NCBI RefSeq assembly: GCF_001194135.2
Contig: NC_068986.1
Location: 65,781,364 to 65,845,363, forward strand
From: Octopus bimaculoides
Lineage: Eukaryota
Reading direction: 5' to 3'
Length of the DNA stretch: 64,000 nucleotides
Below, one piece after another: positions 1 to 10,946 of the stretch. Position 1 is the stretch's first letter, and each line of letters begins with the position of its first letter. A program made the translations under genes and the position numbers. The notes beneath the pieces are model-generated. The model saw nothing but the letters and a program-made list of their open reading frames with translations. It was not told the DNA's origin and did no database searches.

Positions 1-29
1 CATACATTCTCATTTTTATATATATAGAT

Positions 30-215
30 TAGTGTTGCTTAATATGTTTTGCTAGAATTGCTGTTTCTTTTCAGCTATCATCTGAAAATAGGTAATTAAA
101 ATTCATTCAAATGACAGATCTATCGGACTTTCAAAGAGACCAAATTGTTGGTACTTGTATGGCAGGCGCTAGCGTAATGAAAACAGCCGAAATGTTTGGT
201 GTATCAAGAAGTTAC
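30..215 (+). mobile_element. Tc1-like transposon 5' fragment (N-terminal HTH of transposase), truncated
   Basis: ATG at 111 reads MTDLSDFQRDQIVGTCMAGASVMKTAEMFGVSRS, matching the Tc1-family N-terminal pattern (LSDFxRGxIVG..AG.S....A..FGVSR). Similarity stops at about 215. Confidence 0.75.
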
Positions 216-650
216 CATTTTTTGTTATGGAAAGTTAATAGTAATGAAAATTGTGGCAATACTTCATTCCCTAACTCGACGGGCAAATAATGCCCAAACA
301 CAAGAACTTTAACGAGAAACCACTTTATGTACGGACGTACCTGATGTGACCCAGACTGCAAAATGGATGCAACACATGTTGGACGGAATCCCATCCAAAA
401 GGGACAGTAGCAATGTAGGTCGAAACGATCATCGTACAAAATAAAGACTAATACCAAATCCATTTTCTGGTTACTTAGGAAATTATTCTTATCTCAACTA
501 ATATTGTAGAATTCTTGAAATAGATCCAACGGAAATATGCCTCAACTGCAGATGAAACCGGGTAGCCCAATCCGTGCCAGTACTCTACTCGACACTTCAA
601 CACACTAATCGATGTACACCAATTAGTCCAAAATGTTACATATACACACG
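216..650 (+). repeat. Unclassified dispersed repeat, copy 1 (probable retroelement 3' region)
   Basis: About 200 bp (GTTAATAGTAATGAAAATTGTGGCAATACTTCATTCCCTAA...GTACCTGATG..ACCCAGAC.GC.AAATGGATGCAACAC) aligns by eye with the reverse complement of 29320-29525. Confidence 0.6.
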
Positions 651-675
651 CCCACACTCACACACACATATATAA

Positions 676-1298
676 TATAAGTTTAAAAACGTAATAAATG
701 CGCCAACAAACAGGAAACTAACACAGAACGTCACCAAATCCTCATTAATTATCGGCCAGAAGGTCAAACGCACTTTCGTGCATTAATGATAATATCGCTT
801 CCCCTCTGATGGTGCCGACTGTGAGAAGCCGCCGAGATATGACGATCCAACAAACAAAGGACAACACATGACAGAAAATGGGCAAACAAACAAGAAATAA
901 ACAACCATGCGATACAGAAAGTGAACATACAAATGTGGAATAAATGTAATTCAAAACGAGACAGTTAGTCGACGGACGAGGGACAAAGAAGAAAACAAAC
1001 AAGACGAAAGGTAGAGATACGAACGAACTGAAATAAATTAACAGAATACGGCCTTAGAGCCAGACAGGAGACAAAAATATGGTTAACGGCGGGAGGAATA
1101 TCCTAAAGGATTAACAGAGAGAGAGCGAAAGGTGAAGAGAATGGGAGACGAGAGAAAATATGACTCGTCGCTTCGGCGGTTGGCGTGAAAAGGAAGTAGT
1201 AGAAGGGAGAAAAGTTGTAGAGGGCAGAGAGAACCACAGAGAGCAGAGAGGGGTGGCAAAAGACAGGAACAGACAGCAGCACAGAATTGTACAGAGGG

Positions 1299-1363
<65 letters not shown>

Positions 1364-1573
1364 AGAGGGAGAGAAAAGAAAAGGCGAGAAAAGAAAAGGA
1401 GGAATACACGTCGTATGAGAATATGAAAACTCAAAAGAATCGTACATGGAGTTCCATTAAATAATAAGTTTAAAAACATGTAATAAATGCACAAACGGGA
1501 GACCCAGAAGATCAATTCCTCATCAGTTATAGGCCGGTGGATCAAACGTAATTTCGCGTCTTAACGATAATAT
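676..1573. repeat. Diverged ~120-bp direct repeats (676-795 and 1464-1573) flanking a purine-rich segment with (GA)n
   Basis: Both copies read ATAAGTTTAAAAAC..GTAATAAATGC...TCCTCAT.A.TTAT.GGCC....G.TCAAACG.A.TTTCG.G..TTAA.GATAATAT. Confidence 0.7.
1302..1359. repeat. (GA)n microsatellite
   Basis: Direct reading. Confidence 0.97.
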
Positions 1574-3137
1574 TGATTCAACTCTGGACATGAGTCAACA
1601 AGTGGGCCGTAAGAATTAGCAAACAAATCCCTCGCATACCGTGCCCTGTTGTTTTGATAATACAGAGCAATATTGTCTTACATTGTGCTTGAAAAAAATA
1701 AAGCTGTCGTCATAGCTGCCTCATCTTTGATCATAAATCAAATCTATCAAAGTTAATATACGGCTATAAACAATAACAACATATTTATGATAGGACAATA
1801 ATAACAAAGTAAGAATACCTGACTTAACAGCTTAATGTAATAGTTGTCATCATTTTTCTCTCTCGCCGTACACTTATAGTTATTCCATTATATCTTTATC
1901 TATTGGTGTTGTTTTGTTGACTGGACAGTGTAAGTGCGTATATGAACGTCACGTCAGTGTGTGCATGTGTATATATTATCCAGCTGTGCTACTTATTTAT
2001 GGGATGGTGGTATGTGGTCGAATTACAATTTAATGACATTTCGTCTTTTATTCCAGTAACTCGAAGAAATAAGGAGTTTTATGCCTTATCAGTTCTATTT
2101 CGCCCAGTTTAAAATTCGAATATATATGTAGAAAATAAGCATTTCTTCATTGCTATTAAATGAAATATCGATACCGAACGTGAAAGCCTCTTTGATGATG
2201 AGTGCATTTGCCAGAAATATCAGCCAAACGTATCTCAATCATACTCAAGTCATACATAACAGCACGTCTTGAATATATTTACCGGAGCTTAACAGTGGAG
2301 GTAAAGGCTATATGTTCACAGCTAAAATGCTTTCGAATTCTACTCGAATAGGAATGATCTGGAGCTAAGCAACAAGATCTTAAATATTTTTGTTCTAACC
2401 TCTCTTAGTATCTTATGACTTTCAATGCAAATGCTCGTTATGTGAAAAATATATTTAAGTATTTTGTCCAAAATCAATCAATGGAGCAGCATTAGCGATA
2501 AAACTGCGGTCAAAATCACAAGCGACTCCATAAAGCGTATGAATAAGTAAATTTTGTATGTATGAAAATATTTAGTATCACTGTGAAACGTCATATCAGG
2601 TAGTGATATCGAGACTGACAACAAAAAAAGGCTGCGAAAATAACAGAAGTTACTGCAGTGAATGAGAAAGGATCAATATACGCAAAACATATTTAATTGC
2701 AAACCAACGAGAGAGTCTCAGCGTGGTCTTTGCAGCAACCGAATTTCTCCATGTGATAATCCGCCTTCTTACAAGATAGAGGATATGTTGGATAATATTG
2801 TCCTTAGTAGACTGCCTGGATATAAAGATGCTTAGCGGTAGATGAAACATAGGCTAACTTAATCTCAAGGGAACTTTTGGAGTAAACAGCAACATAGGGA
2901 CCCTCTTGTCTGGCGTACACGATATCCAAAGACACGAATGGGCGTGACTGGATTACCTTTTCTTGTATATCTGATTTATTAGGGATGCCCTGTAGCTAAA
3001 CATCAAAAGTAACAAAATAATTATCACTGCGTAAGAGTTTAAAAATAGAGAAGGAGAATCCTATTCATAGGATCCAAGCTTCGATCATTCTTGAAATCAA
3101 CCAACTACATTGTGGCTCAGATTTAAGTCGGCACCAC

Positions 3138-3327
3138 ACATACATTCATGCTCACATACATTCATGCTCACATACATTCATGCTCACATACATGTATGCC
3201 TACATACCTACATAGGTACGTACATGCATCCATGCATACATACATGCATGCATACATGCATGCATACATACATGCAAGGATGAATACATGCAGATAGACA
3301 AACAGACAGATAGATAGATTGATAAAT

Positions 3328-3412
<85 letters not shown>
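3138..3412. repeat. 16-bp tandem repeat (ACATACATTCATGCTC x3) followed by compound (TACA)/(GACA)/(GATA)n microsatellite
   Basis: Direct reading. Confidence 0.9.
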
Positions 3413-4388
3413 TGCTCACATATGGATACATAGAAAAGGAAAAAGAAAGAATTGATCGATATTATATTACATTAAGTTATATTACATTAATGATCTTTGA
3501 ATATACACATATATGCGTATGTGTATATGTGTTGTATGTGTGTGTGTGTGTTTCGGTACTTGTATATGATTTTGTGCATGTGCTTATGTATATTTGTATG
3601 TGTTTTTGTCTTTGTATGTTCTGTTGATATCAAATTTTTGCGATGGAAAAAGAAAAGAACAACAAATACTTCTTTTCTATTAGGGTTATCATTTCAGCAT
3701 ATATTATTTGGCGCCAGTTTGTATCGCAGGATCGAAAATCTAGATTCTTGAACCCCGTAGAGAGCCCTAATTCAAACTTTGTATGAAGAAAGCCTTTATG
3801 AATGACCTTACCAACACTACATGAAAATATTGTTATTAATATATTTTATCACTCGATAATTTAATTTCAATTGTTTCCATAAGTATTGACATAGATCAGA
3901 TGATTACATGATTCTGGCTTTTGTCATTTATTACGGATTAGTACATCGAAATATAACTGATGTCACATTACATGGTTATGATACGATATTGGTTTTTAAT
4001 GTTATGAAAATTTCTTACAGGTTCTACATCGAAATAATCACCAGCATTTAATGTTTTTATAATAAACATGATTTCTTCTGTCAATGCCCTGCCAGCATAC
4101 TAAGATTGGGTTGTTACATTGGTCAGACGTCTCAGTTGTATAAAAAACATCATATGCATATATACATGTTTGTATGTATACATGTATGCATGTATATGTC
4201 TTTGTGTATGCTCTTGTATGTGCGTGTGCTCGAAGAAGGCAGTTTCTCACAATATAAGTCCCTTCAGATGACAAAAATAATCGAATATAACAAGAAATTC
4301 TGAGTAATTAAGGAGAGAAGAGTAATCTTTGAGCAAATATGTTCCATTATATATTTTTTTTTTGTGCGAATGGTTTTGTTATACGGTG

Positions 4389-4911
4389 CCAGGTTTTACG
4401 ATCCTGTAAATTATAATAATGGTCTTTATATAAACCTAAAACTTATAGCGATCTATTATAGTCATTGCACGGTGATAGCTATAAGCTTTAGGCATATATA
4501 TACATATATATATACACGAGGTCTGGTCAATAAGTATTCAGATTGTTGCCATAGTAGNNNNNNNNNNNNNNNNNNNNNNNNNNNNNNNNNNNNNNNNNNN
4601 NNNNNNNNNNNNNNNNNNNNNNNNNNNNNNNNNNNNNNNNNNNNNNNNNNNNNNNNNNNNNNNNNNNNNNNNNNNNNNNNNNNNNNNNNNNNNNNNNNNN
4701 NNNNNNNNNNNNNNNNNNNNNNNNNNNNNNNNNNNNNNNNNNCCAGGTTTTACGATCCTGTAAATTATAATAATGGTCTTTATATAAACCTAAAACTTAT
4801 AGCGATCTATTATAGTCATTGCACGGTGATAGCTATAAGCTTTAGGCATATATATACATATATATATACACGAGGTCTGGTCAATAAGTATTCAGATTGT
4901 TGCCATAGTAG
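4389..4911. other. Identical ~169-bp sequence on both sides of an N gap (probable unmerged contig overlap)
   Basis: 4389-4557 equals 4743-4911, separated only by Ns at 4558-4742. Confidence 0.85.
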
Positions 4912-5757
4912 CAAAGCTAAAGCACGCAGAGGGAAGTTACTTAGCAAAGATTGACTTTGACCTCTCTGTTGTGCTTGCACATTGTTCTAATGTTCTAGCT
5001 CACTTCTGTTGCTTACAGCAGTACTTGGAAGGAAGGTGTGAAGCGTGTGATCGTCGCATTGATCAGGAAAAAGAAAGTTGTCATGTCGATACCTGGTCAG
5101 ACACCTGTGCAAAGTTGGAGAAAGTGTTTGGAGAGAAATGTAAAAGCCATACACAAGTGTACGAGTTGTTCAGACGTTGCCAAGATGACCGAAAAATGTC
5201 GATATTGGCGAACATTCTGGGAGACTCGCAACCAGCAGAACTGAGAAAAACATCGCAGATGTGCGTGCAGCTCTGAGTGGAAATTGTCGAATCACCATCC
5301 GTAATTTATCAGAGGATGTGTAGATTAGTTACGGTTCAGTTCAGTCCATTATCACTGAAGATTTGATGAGATGCATGTCTGCAAATTTTGTGCCAAAACC
5401 GCTTTCAGCTGACCAAAACGACACTCGGGATTCAGTTGTACAAGATCTCCTTGATTGTCTCGAGAACGATGAAAACTTTTTGAAAATTTTGCGTAGGCCT
5501 TTGAGCAGGTATCGCCAAGCTTTTGGCAAAATTTGAAGCAGATTATCTACTGAACTTCCTCTGTCATGGTCAATGCGACGATCTCCCACTACACACCTTC
5601 CTTCCAAGCAGTACTGTAAATAGCGTAAGCTATAACGTTAAAACTTAGTGCACATGCACAGCAGAGTTCAAAGTCAATCTGTGATAAGCGGTTTTACTCT
5701 TTCTGATTTAGTTTCGTTACTATGGTAACCGTCTGGATACTTACTGATCATACCACG
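4871..5757 (+). mobile_element. Non-autonomous mariner derivative made of two 5' ends (long imperfect inverted repeats), copy 1
   Basis: Ends CGAGGTCTGGTCAATAAGTATTCAGA and TCTGGATACTTACTGATCATACCACG-TA. The plus strand encodes a decayed mariner HTH region (EKCKSHTQVYELFRRCQDDRK..SGR..TEKN..ISYGSVQSIITEDL..SANFVPKPLSADQ). The right arm on the minus strand encodes MTEEVQ*IICFKFCQKLGDTCSKAYAK. Confidence 0.85.
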
Positions 5758-5784
5758 TATACAGACACACACATATATAAATAC

Positions 5785-5816
<32 letters not shown>

Positions 5817-6124
5817 ATACATACATATATATACTGTGTGTATATATATATATATATACACCATATATATATATATATANNNNNNNNNNNNNNNNNNNNN
5901 NNNNNNNNNNNNNNNNNNNNNNNNNNNNNNNNNNNNNNNNNNNNNNNNNNNNNNNNNNNNNNNNNNNNNNNNNNNNNNNNNNNNNNNNNNNNNNNNNNNN
6001 NNNNNNNNNNNNNNNNTGTGTGTGTGTGTGTGTGTGTATACATATATATATATAATTAATCCCCAAAAAAGCTAAGAAAAAACACACGAAGAAAAAAAAC
6101 AACAACGCAAGGATGTGGTACATG

Positions 6125-6245
6125 CAATGTCTTAACAGACGCTCAGGGAAGGAAAAAAGTTAGTTTTACGTTTCAAGCAAAGTTCTTCTTCAGAAACAGG
6201 AGGCAGAGGAAAGTCCAAGACAAAAGGAAGACAGAGGGGAAAAAA
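6125..6245 (-). mobile_element. Penelope-like terminal repeat relic containing a minimal hammerhead motif
   Basis: Minus strand: pyrimidine-rich tract followed by GTTT CTGAAGA A GAACTTTGCTT GAAA CG TA AAAC. Minimal type I hammerheads are an established feature of Penelope-like terminal repeats. Confidence 0.55.
6163..6197 (-). ncRNA. Minimal type I hammerhead ribozyme-like motif (core intact, stem II imperfect)
   Basis: CUGANGA and GAAA boxes, palindromic ACGU stem III, GUA cleavage triplet, 4-bp stem I GUUU/AAAC. Confidence 0.55.
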
Positions 6246-6282
6246 ATCCACATTTTGTTACATTTTGAAATGGAGTATATAT

Positions 6283-7142
6283 ATTACATGGAAAAATGCG
6301 AGTAAGAGAAATAATATTCTTAAGATTATAAATCTGGAAAAGAGCGGGACAAGTTATTACACTTGGAAAAGTTCAGGGCAAGTTATTACATCTGGTAAAG
6401 TATAGAACAAGAAAAGTTTTACTTAAAATATTGTAGCTAAGGATAACATTTCAAATTAAATATTTAGATTCAGAAAATATTAGCTTTTATTAAAACTAAA
6501 AATTAATAATTAGAAATTTGAAATTAGGTTATAAAAAATAACAGTAGTACATAATTAGTTAGTACAATAAATAGAATAATACAAAAATTAGTTTATATTA
6601 CTTCTGTTTGTTATTACTTGTTATTTCTATTAAAAATTTAAAATAACTCAAAATATTTTTTGCATTTTAAAAAATTCATTTTTTTACTTATTAATTAATA
6701 GTTAGAAATTTGCAATTAGGTTATAAGAAATAATAGAATAATACAAACATTAGTTATATATTACAGTAAAATCTACCTGTAACAACAAATTCACAGTAAG
6801 ATTTGCTTGAGTTATTGCCCAAGTTATTGCCAAGTTTTCACATTTTTAGTCTTGACCCAATCCCTATTTTTTACATAATGAATTTTCCTACCATGTATAC
6901 TATTCTACTTTGTATAAAACTTTAGTTATATTGGTACTTCTGACTCTCATTAATAAAATAATTTTCAATATTCAAATTTTATCCTTCGCTGCAATATTTT
7001 AAGTAAAAATTTTTTTGTTCTATACTTTACCAGATGTAATAACTTGCCCTGAACTTTTCCATGTGTAATAACTTGTCCTATTCTTTTCCAGATTTATAAT
7101 CTTAAGAATATTATATCTCTTGCTAGCATTTTTCCATGTAAT
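6283..7142. mobile_element. Fold-back/MITE-like element with ~190-bp inverted arms containing ~29-bp subterminal tandem units
   Basis: The left end ATTACATGGAAAAATGC...CTTAAGATTATAAATCTGGAAAAG...GGGCAAGTTATTACATCTGGTAAAGTATAGAACAA is mirrored by 6960-7142. AT-rich non-coding interior with an internal duplication. Confidence 0.85.
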
Positions 7143-7879
7143 CCATGTTGTTTCCCAGGATACGCTATTACGCTAATTAATAATGTGTCAAATGTGTCAA
7201 TTAGCGGTGTCGTTGATAATTTTTTTCCTTATCTCATTCATGTCGGTGACATATATTAAAAGTCCTCTAGAACTATATTCATAAAAAAAGTATAGAACTG
7301 TATTTTCACCCTCAAATTTGAGAAAAAAAACACTCATAACCTTTTTCTTTTAAAACTTCATTGCATGAGATTGATACTATGAAATTTCTCGAATTGAGCT
7401 CTATCATTTAAGCATAATTAAAATATAGTTTGTTTTTAAAATAAAAGAGTTAATTATACTTAAATCCAATTTACTTATAATTTTTTCATAGTATTTTACC
7501 TCACAACATTTTTTATACAAATTTTTGTTGCATGTGATCAAAACTATGAAATTCTTTATGCTTTCTTCTATCATTTTAAAATAGAAAAGTTATTTAGATT
7601 TATACTTGATCGGTAGCGTTATTTACTCTCCTATAACGCTGCTGCAAATTTTGATGTAAACTTTTTTCTACTGGACCAAATCTCCATTTTTTATGCCAAA
7701 ATGTAGCTAGAGACCAGTCTTTTCAAAAATGTTAACAGTTTTCCATTTGGTTAAGAACTGAATTAGCGATAAGCTCTGAAGGATGCTACGTGTGAGTAAA
7801 TTGCGGCCCTAAGAATATCATTCAACTACAGTAGTAGCTGAATGATATATACATATATTGTATTGCATGCACAATAAAA

Positions 7880-8600
7880 GGAGGTTTATTTTCAAACCAA
7901 GCTTTGTAAGTCTTCTTCTTTGCTCGGATGCTTCCTTTAATTTTCTTGTTAAACTAGTGGCTTCTTTTACTACCTGCTGCTTTTGTCTTCGGCACTGTAC
8001 GATCATTCCATTTCGGTATCCTCGTTTATTCAGGAAGTGTTTGAAGTTGATAACTCCAACTCTCTCTTTACACGAACGTCCAGCACAGAAGGAAAGGCGT
8101 CCAAGACGATAACAATATCTATCAGTGACCTCAGTATCAATGTATTCTTACACCAGATATATTTATGGGTAGCCTTGTGCTGGAAGGTGTTCATGATATA
8201 AATTCCATTCCCAACACAGAGGTCTTGTAAGGTTTCTTCTTTTGCATTGAGTTCAGGGTCACCATTTCTCCCAATCATTCCTTTCCACATCAGTGATCAG
8301 TGTCAACATCTACATTGAAGTCTCCTTGTTGGATAAATGAGTTAGTTTTAACTTCATTTAAAACTGCAGTGACTTGGTCAAGGAAGAATTTGTATTTGGC
8401 CTCGCTGTCTGGTGCATATATTTGCAACAGCCACATCGATCTTTCATTCAGCCAATGTTTCAGGAAGCAAACCCTACCACCAAGTGGTATCCACTCCATA
8501 CCACAATCCAACCGCCGAGAGCTTATGAGTATCCCCACTCCTGCTTCTGCATACATAGTTGGCACGACACCCGAATAGTAGAGTTTCTACCCTCCATCCA
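7880..8600 (-). mobile_element. RTE-clade LINE fragment: decayed AP endonuclease plus linker
   Basis: Minus-strand ORFs 8290-8565 and 8030-8290 give GVGILIS..EWIPLGGRV..LQIYAPDSEA..GDFNV..WKGMIGRNGD..IMNTFQHK..HKYIW..RSLID..LDVRVKR. Downstream reads IRAKKKTYKAW. Confidence 0.88.
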
Positions 8601-9023
8601 AATCTGCGGCACCAGAGCCACAGAGCCTTGTTTTAATGTTTATATATATATATTTTCCGAACGGACCACTCTGCCTAGATCCTCATACGTCCCTTCTTAT
8701 CTCACATGATGGACGGTACTGTTATTCTTGCGGAACTCTTTACATATTGCAGCCTGTGGTGGTCCTATTAGTACCAAGAAACAAGCAGGTTTCTGTATTT
8801 GAACCCACGAGTATGGTAAACTTTATTGCTGAAATCATTTCAGCCTTTTGCGATATGGGGGTGTTGATTATCTTCAGATGTAGCAAAAATTATGATGATT
8901 ACTTGTACAGCTACAAAGCATTTTTAGAATGTTATAAATGTGGTTCTAACATAATTGCAATATTTCGCGAAAGATTTGGCACAGCAGTAAAATAGAGTAA
9001 TCACCATTCAATTCAAATCAGAA

Positions 9024-9152
9024 ATGATGAAAGAATTCTCATATCAGCTTATTGCATCATATTATACTTATACGGATGATGCAAAACTTGCAATGAATTG
9101 CGTCATACTTTTTTAATGGGATGATGCAGTACTTTGTAATAGATGACGTAAT
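9024..9152. promoter_or_regulatory. Candidate cluster of six C/EBP-ATF composite (ATF4/AARE-type) motifs
   Basis: ATGATGAAAG 9024(+), ATGATGCAAT 9051(-), ATGATGCAAA 9076(+), ATGACGCAAT 9097(-), ATGATGCAGT 9121(+), ATGACGTAAT 9143(+). Spacing 21-27 bp. Function untested. Confidence 0.4.
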
Positions 9153-10224
9153 CAATGTTTCCTATTGTGTTATATTTCTATTGAAGCATTGAAAAGTGGC
9201 ACGTTTCTATACTTCAAAAGTTTTAGCTAATTTTGAATAATGATAATGAATTTTGTAATCAGTAATCCAAAATTAGTACAGATTAACTGATTTCGATTTT
9301 GGTGCAAGAAATGATGTGAATTTTGCTGACCAGATTAATTTGCTAGATTGTTACTTGTTAGAACTTTAAATTATATACTTAAAAAGAATACTATCGTAAT
9401 CTATGTAAACGAAGAGTAGAGATATTGTGAAAGAGAGAGAAACATCTCGAATGTGTATAAACATTCATAGAAAACTCATGTAATTGTAGATTAAATAGTA
9501 AAGGTTTAAATTTCGTACATTTAAAGATGACTACTGTCGTATTTTGTGTATATAAGTAATAGATATATTGCGAAACGCACAGAAAAAAGAATCTAAAACT
9601 GCATAGGCATTGATAGAAAAACATATAATTAGCTGGAGAATGATGGTATCTACGATTGCAAACAAAAGATAATGAATAAACCTACAAAAATATTTGGTGA
9701 TATTTTACTTCCGTGATGTCTACAAATGATTTGGTCGTAAATATTGAACTGATGATAAGCGGGGACTCGAAATCACCTTGGATGATTATATATGTAGTTA
9801 TATTTCTCCTTTCCTGCCATTCCACACGTAAAAAGGGTCAAGGCCATAACTTAAGAGACTGAGTAAGAGAAAGCAGCATGAATATTCATCAAGTTTATAT
9901 AAATCAAAACCTCTTTCTCCTGTGCAAGCGATTTAGTGACGACCAACGAGGTGATCGATCGATTTTCAAAATATGCATGCAATTGCGGCAGATAGTGGTG
10001 GTGTTGGTGGTGGTAGTGGTTAGAATAAATAGTGATGATGAAATGAAACAATAATTTTCAGAGAGGCTGCCAAATGTCGATTCCCACCTCATCTTCCTTA
10101 AACACCAGACTCAAAACAGATGGAGCTTAAATAAAAAGGTTACTCACTGGAATCAAATGTCTTAGTTTACGGTATTGCTGATTAAAGCACAACGGCGGGG
10201 ATCAAGGGTATAAGATTTTATCTG

Positions 10225-10830
10225 TTTTTCCACCACCATCACCACTACCAAAACCACATCCCTCACAAACACCACCACAACTATCAACAACAAAACTAAA
10301 AACCATCACAACCACTACCAAAACCACCACAGCCACCACAATTGCAGCTACCGCCACCATTATAGCCTGAATCACCACCGACAACACGACCAAAACCACA
10401 ATCACCATCACTATGCCAACCACCACCATCACTTTTACTAATACCACCACCGACAATAACACCTCCAAAACCATCGTGTTACCACAACCACACTATTATG
10501 ACCTTACCACCACTAAGAGCAGGAGCACCGCCACCACCACCACCACAAGCACCACCGCAGCCACCACCAACACTACTGCCACTACCAACACCATCACCAC
10601 CTCGACTGTCACCGCCACCATTTCCACCACNNNNNNNNNNACTGTCACCGCCACCATTTCCACCACCACCACCTCCAACATTACAGCCACCCCCACCATG
10701 ACAGTTGTGGTAGTCATTATCCTCATTGTCATCATTATCATATTCATCATCATCGTTACCATAATCATCATCGCTAAAGATATAAAGACAATGATGATAT
10801 CATCATCATTGTCACCATCTTCCTCATCAT
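10225..10830. repeat. (ACC/CAC/CAT)-rich degenerate trinucleotide low-complexity tract
   Basis: Direct reading. Produces the spurious Thr-rich and Val-rich ORFs in the track. Confidence 0.9.
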
Positions 10831-10946
10831 ATTTATTATCAATATTGTAACCCTCCGCTACATTTACTATCAATATTATATCTTACTGCTACATGCGTGC
10901 ATACATAACCATCGAAAACAAACTCCAAACACAGACACCGTACATA

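Noticed and set aside
9749-9772. CTGATGA-N13-GAAA hammerhead-like spacing
   Set aside because: Stem II is poor, and no stem III, UH triplet or stem I could be formed.
10202-10873. Thr-rich mucin-like and Val-rich ORFs
   Set aside because: They arise from an ACC/CAT low-complexity tract open on both strands, span an N gap, and have no splice or domain support.
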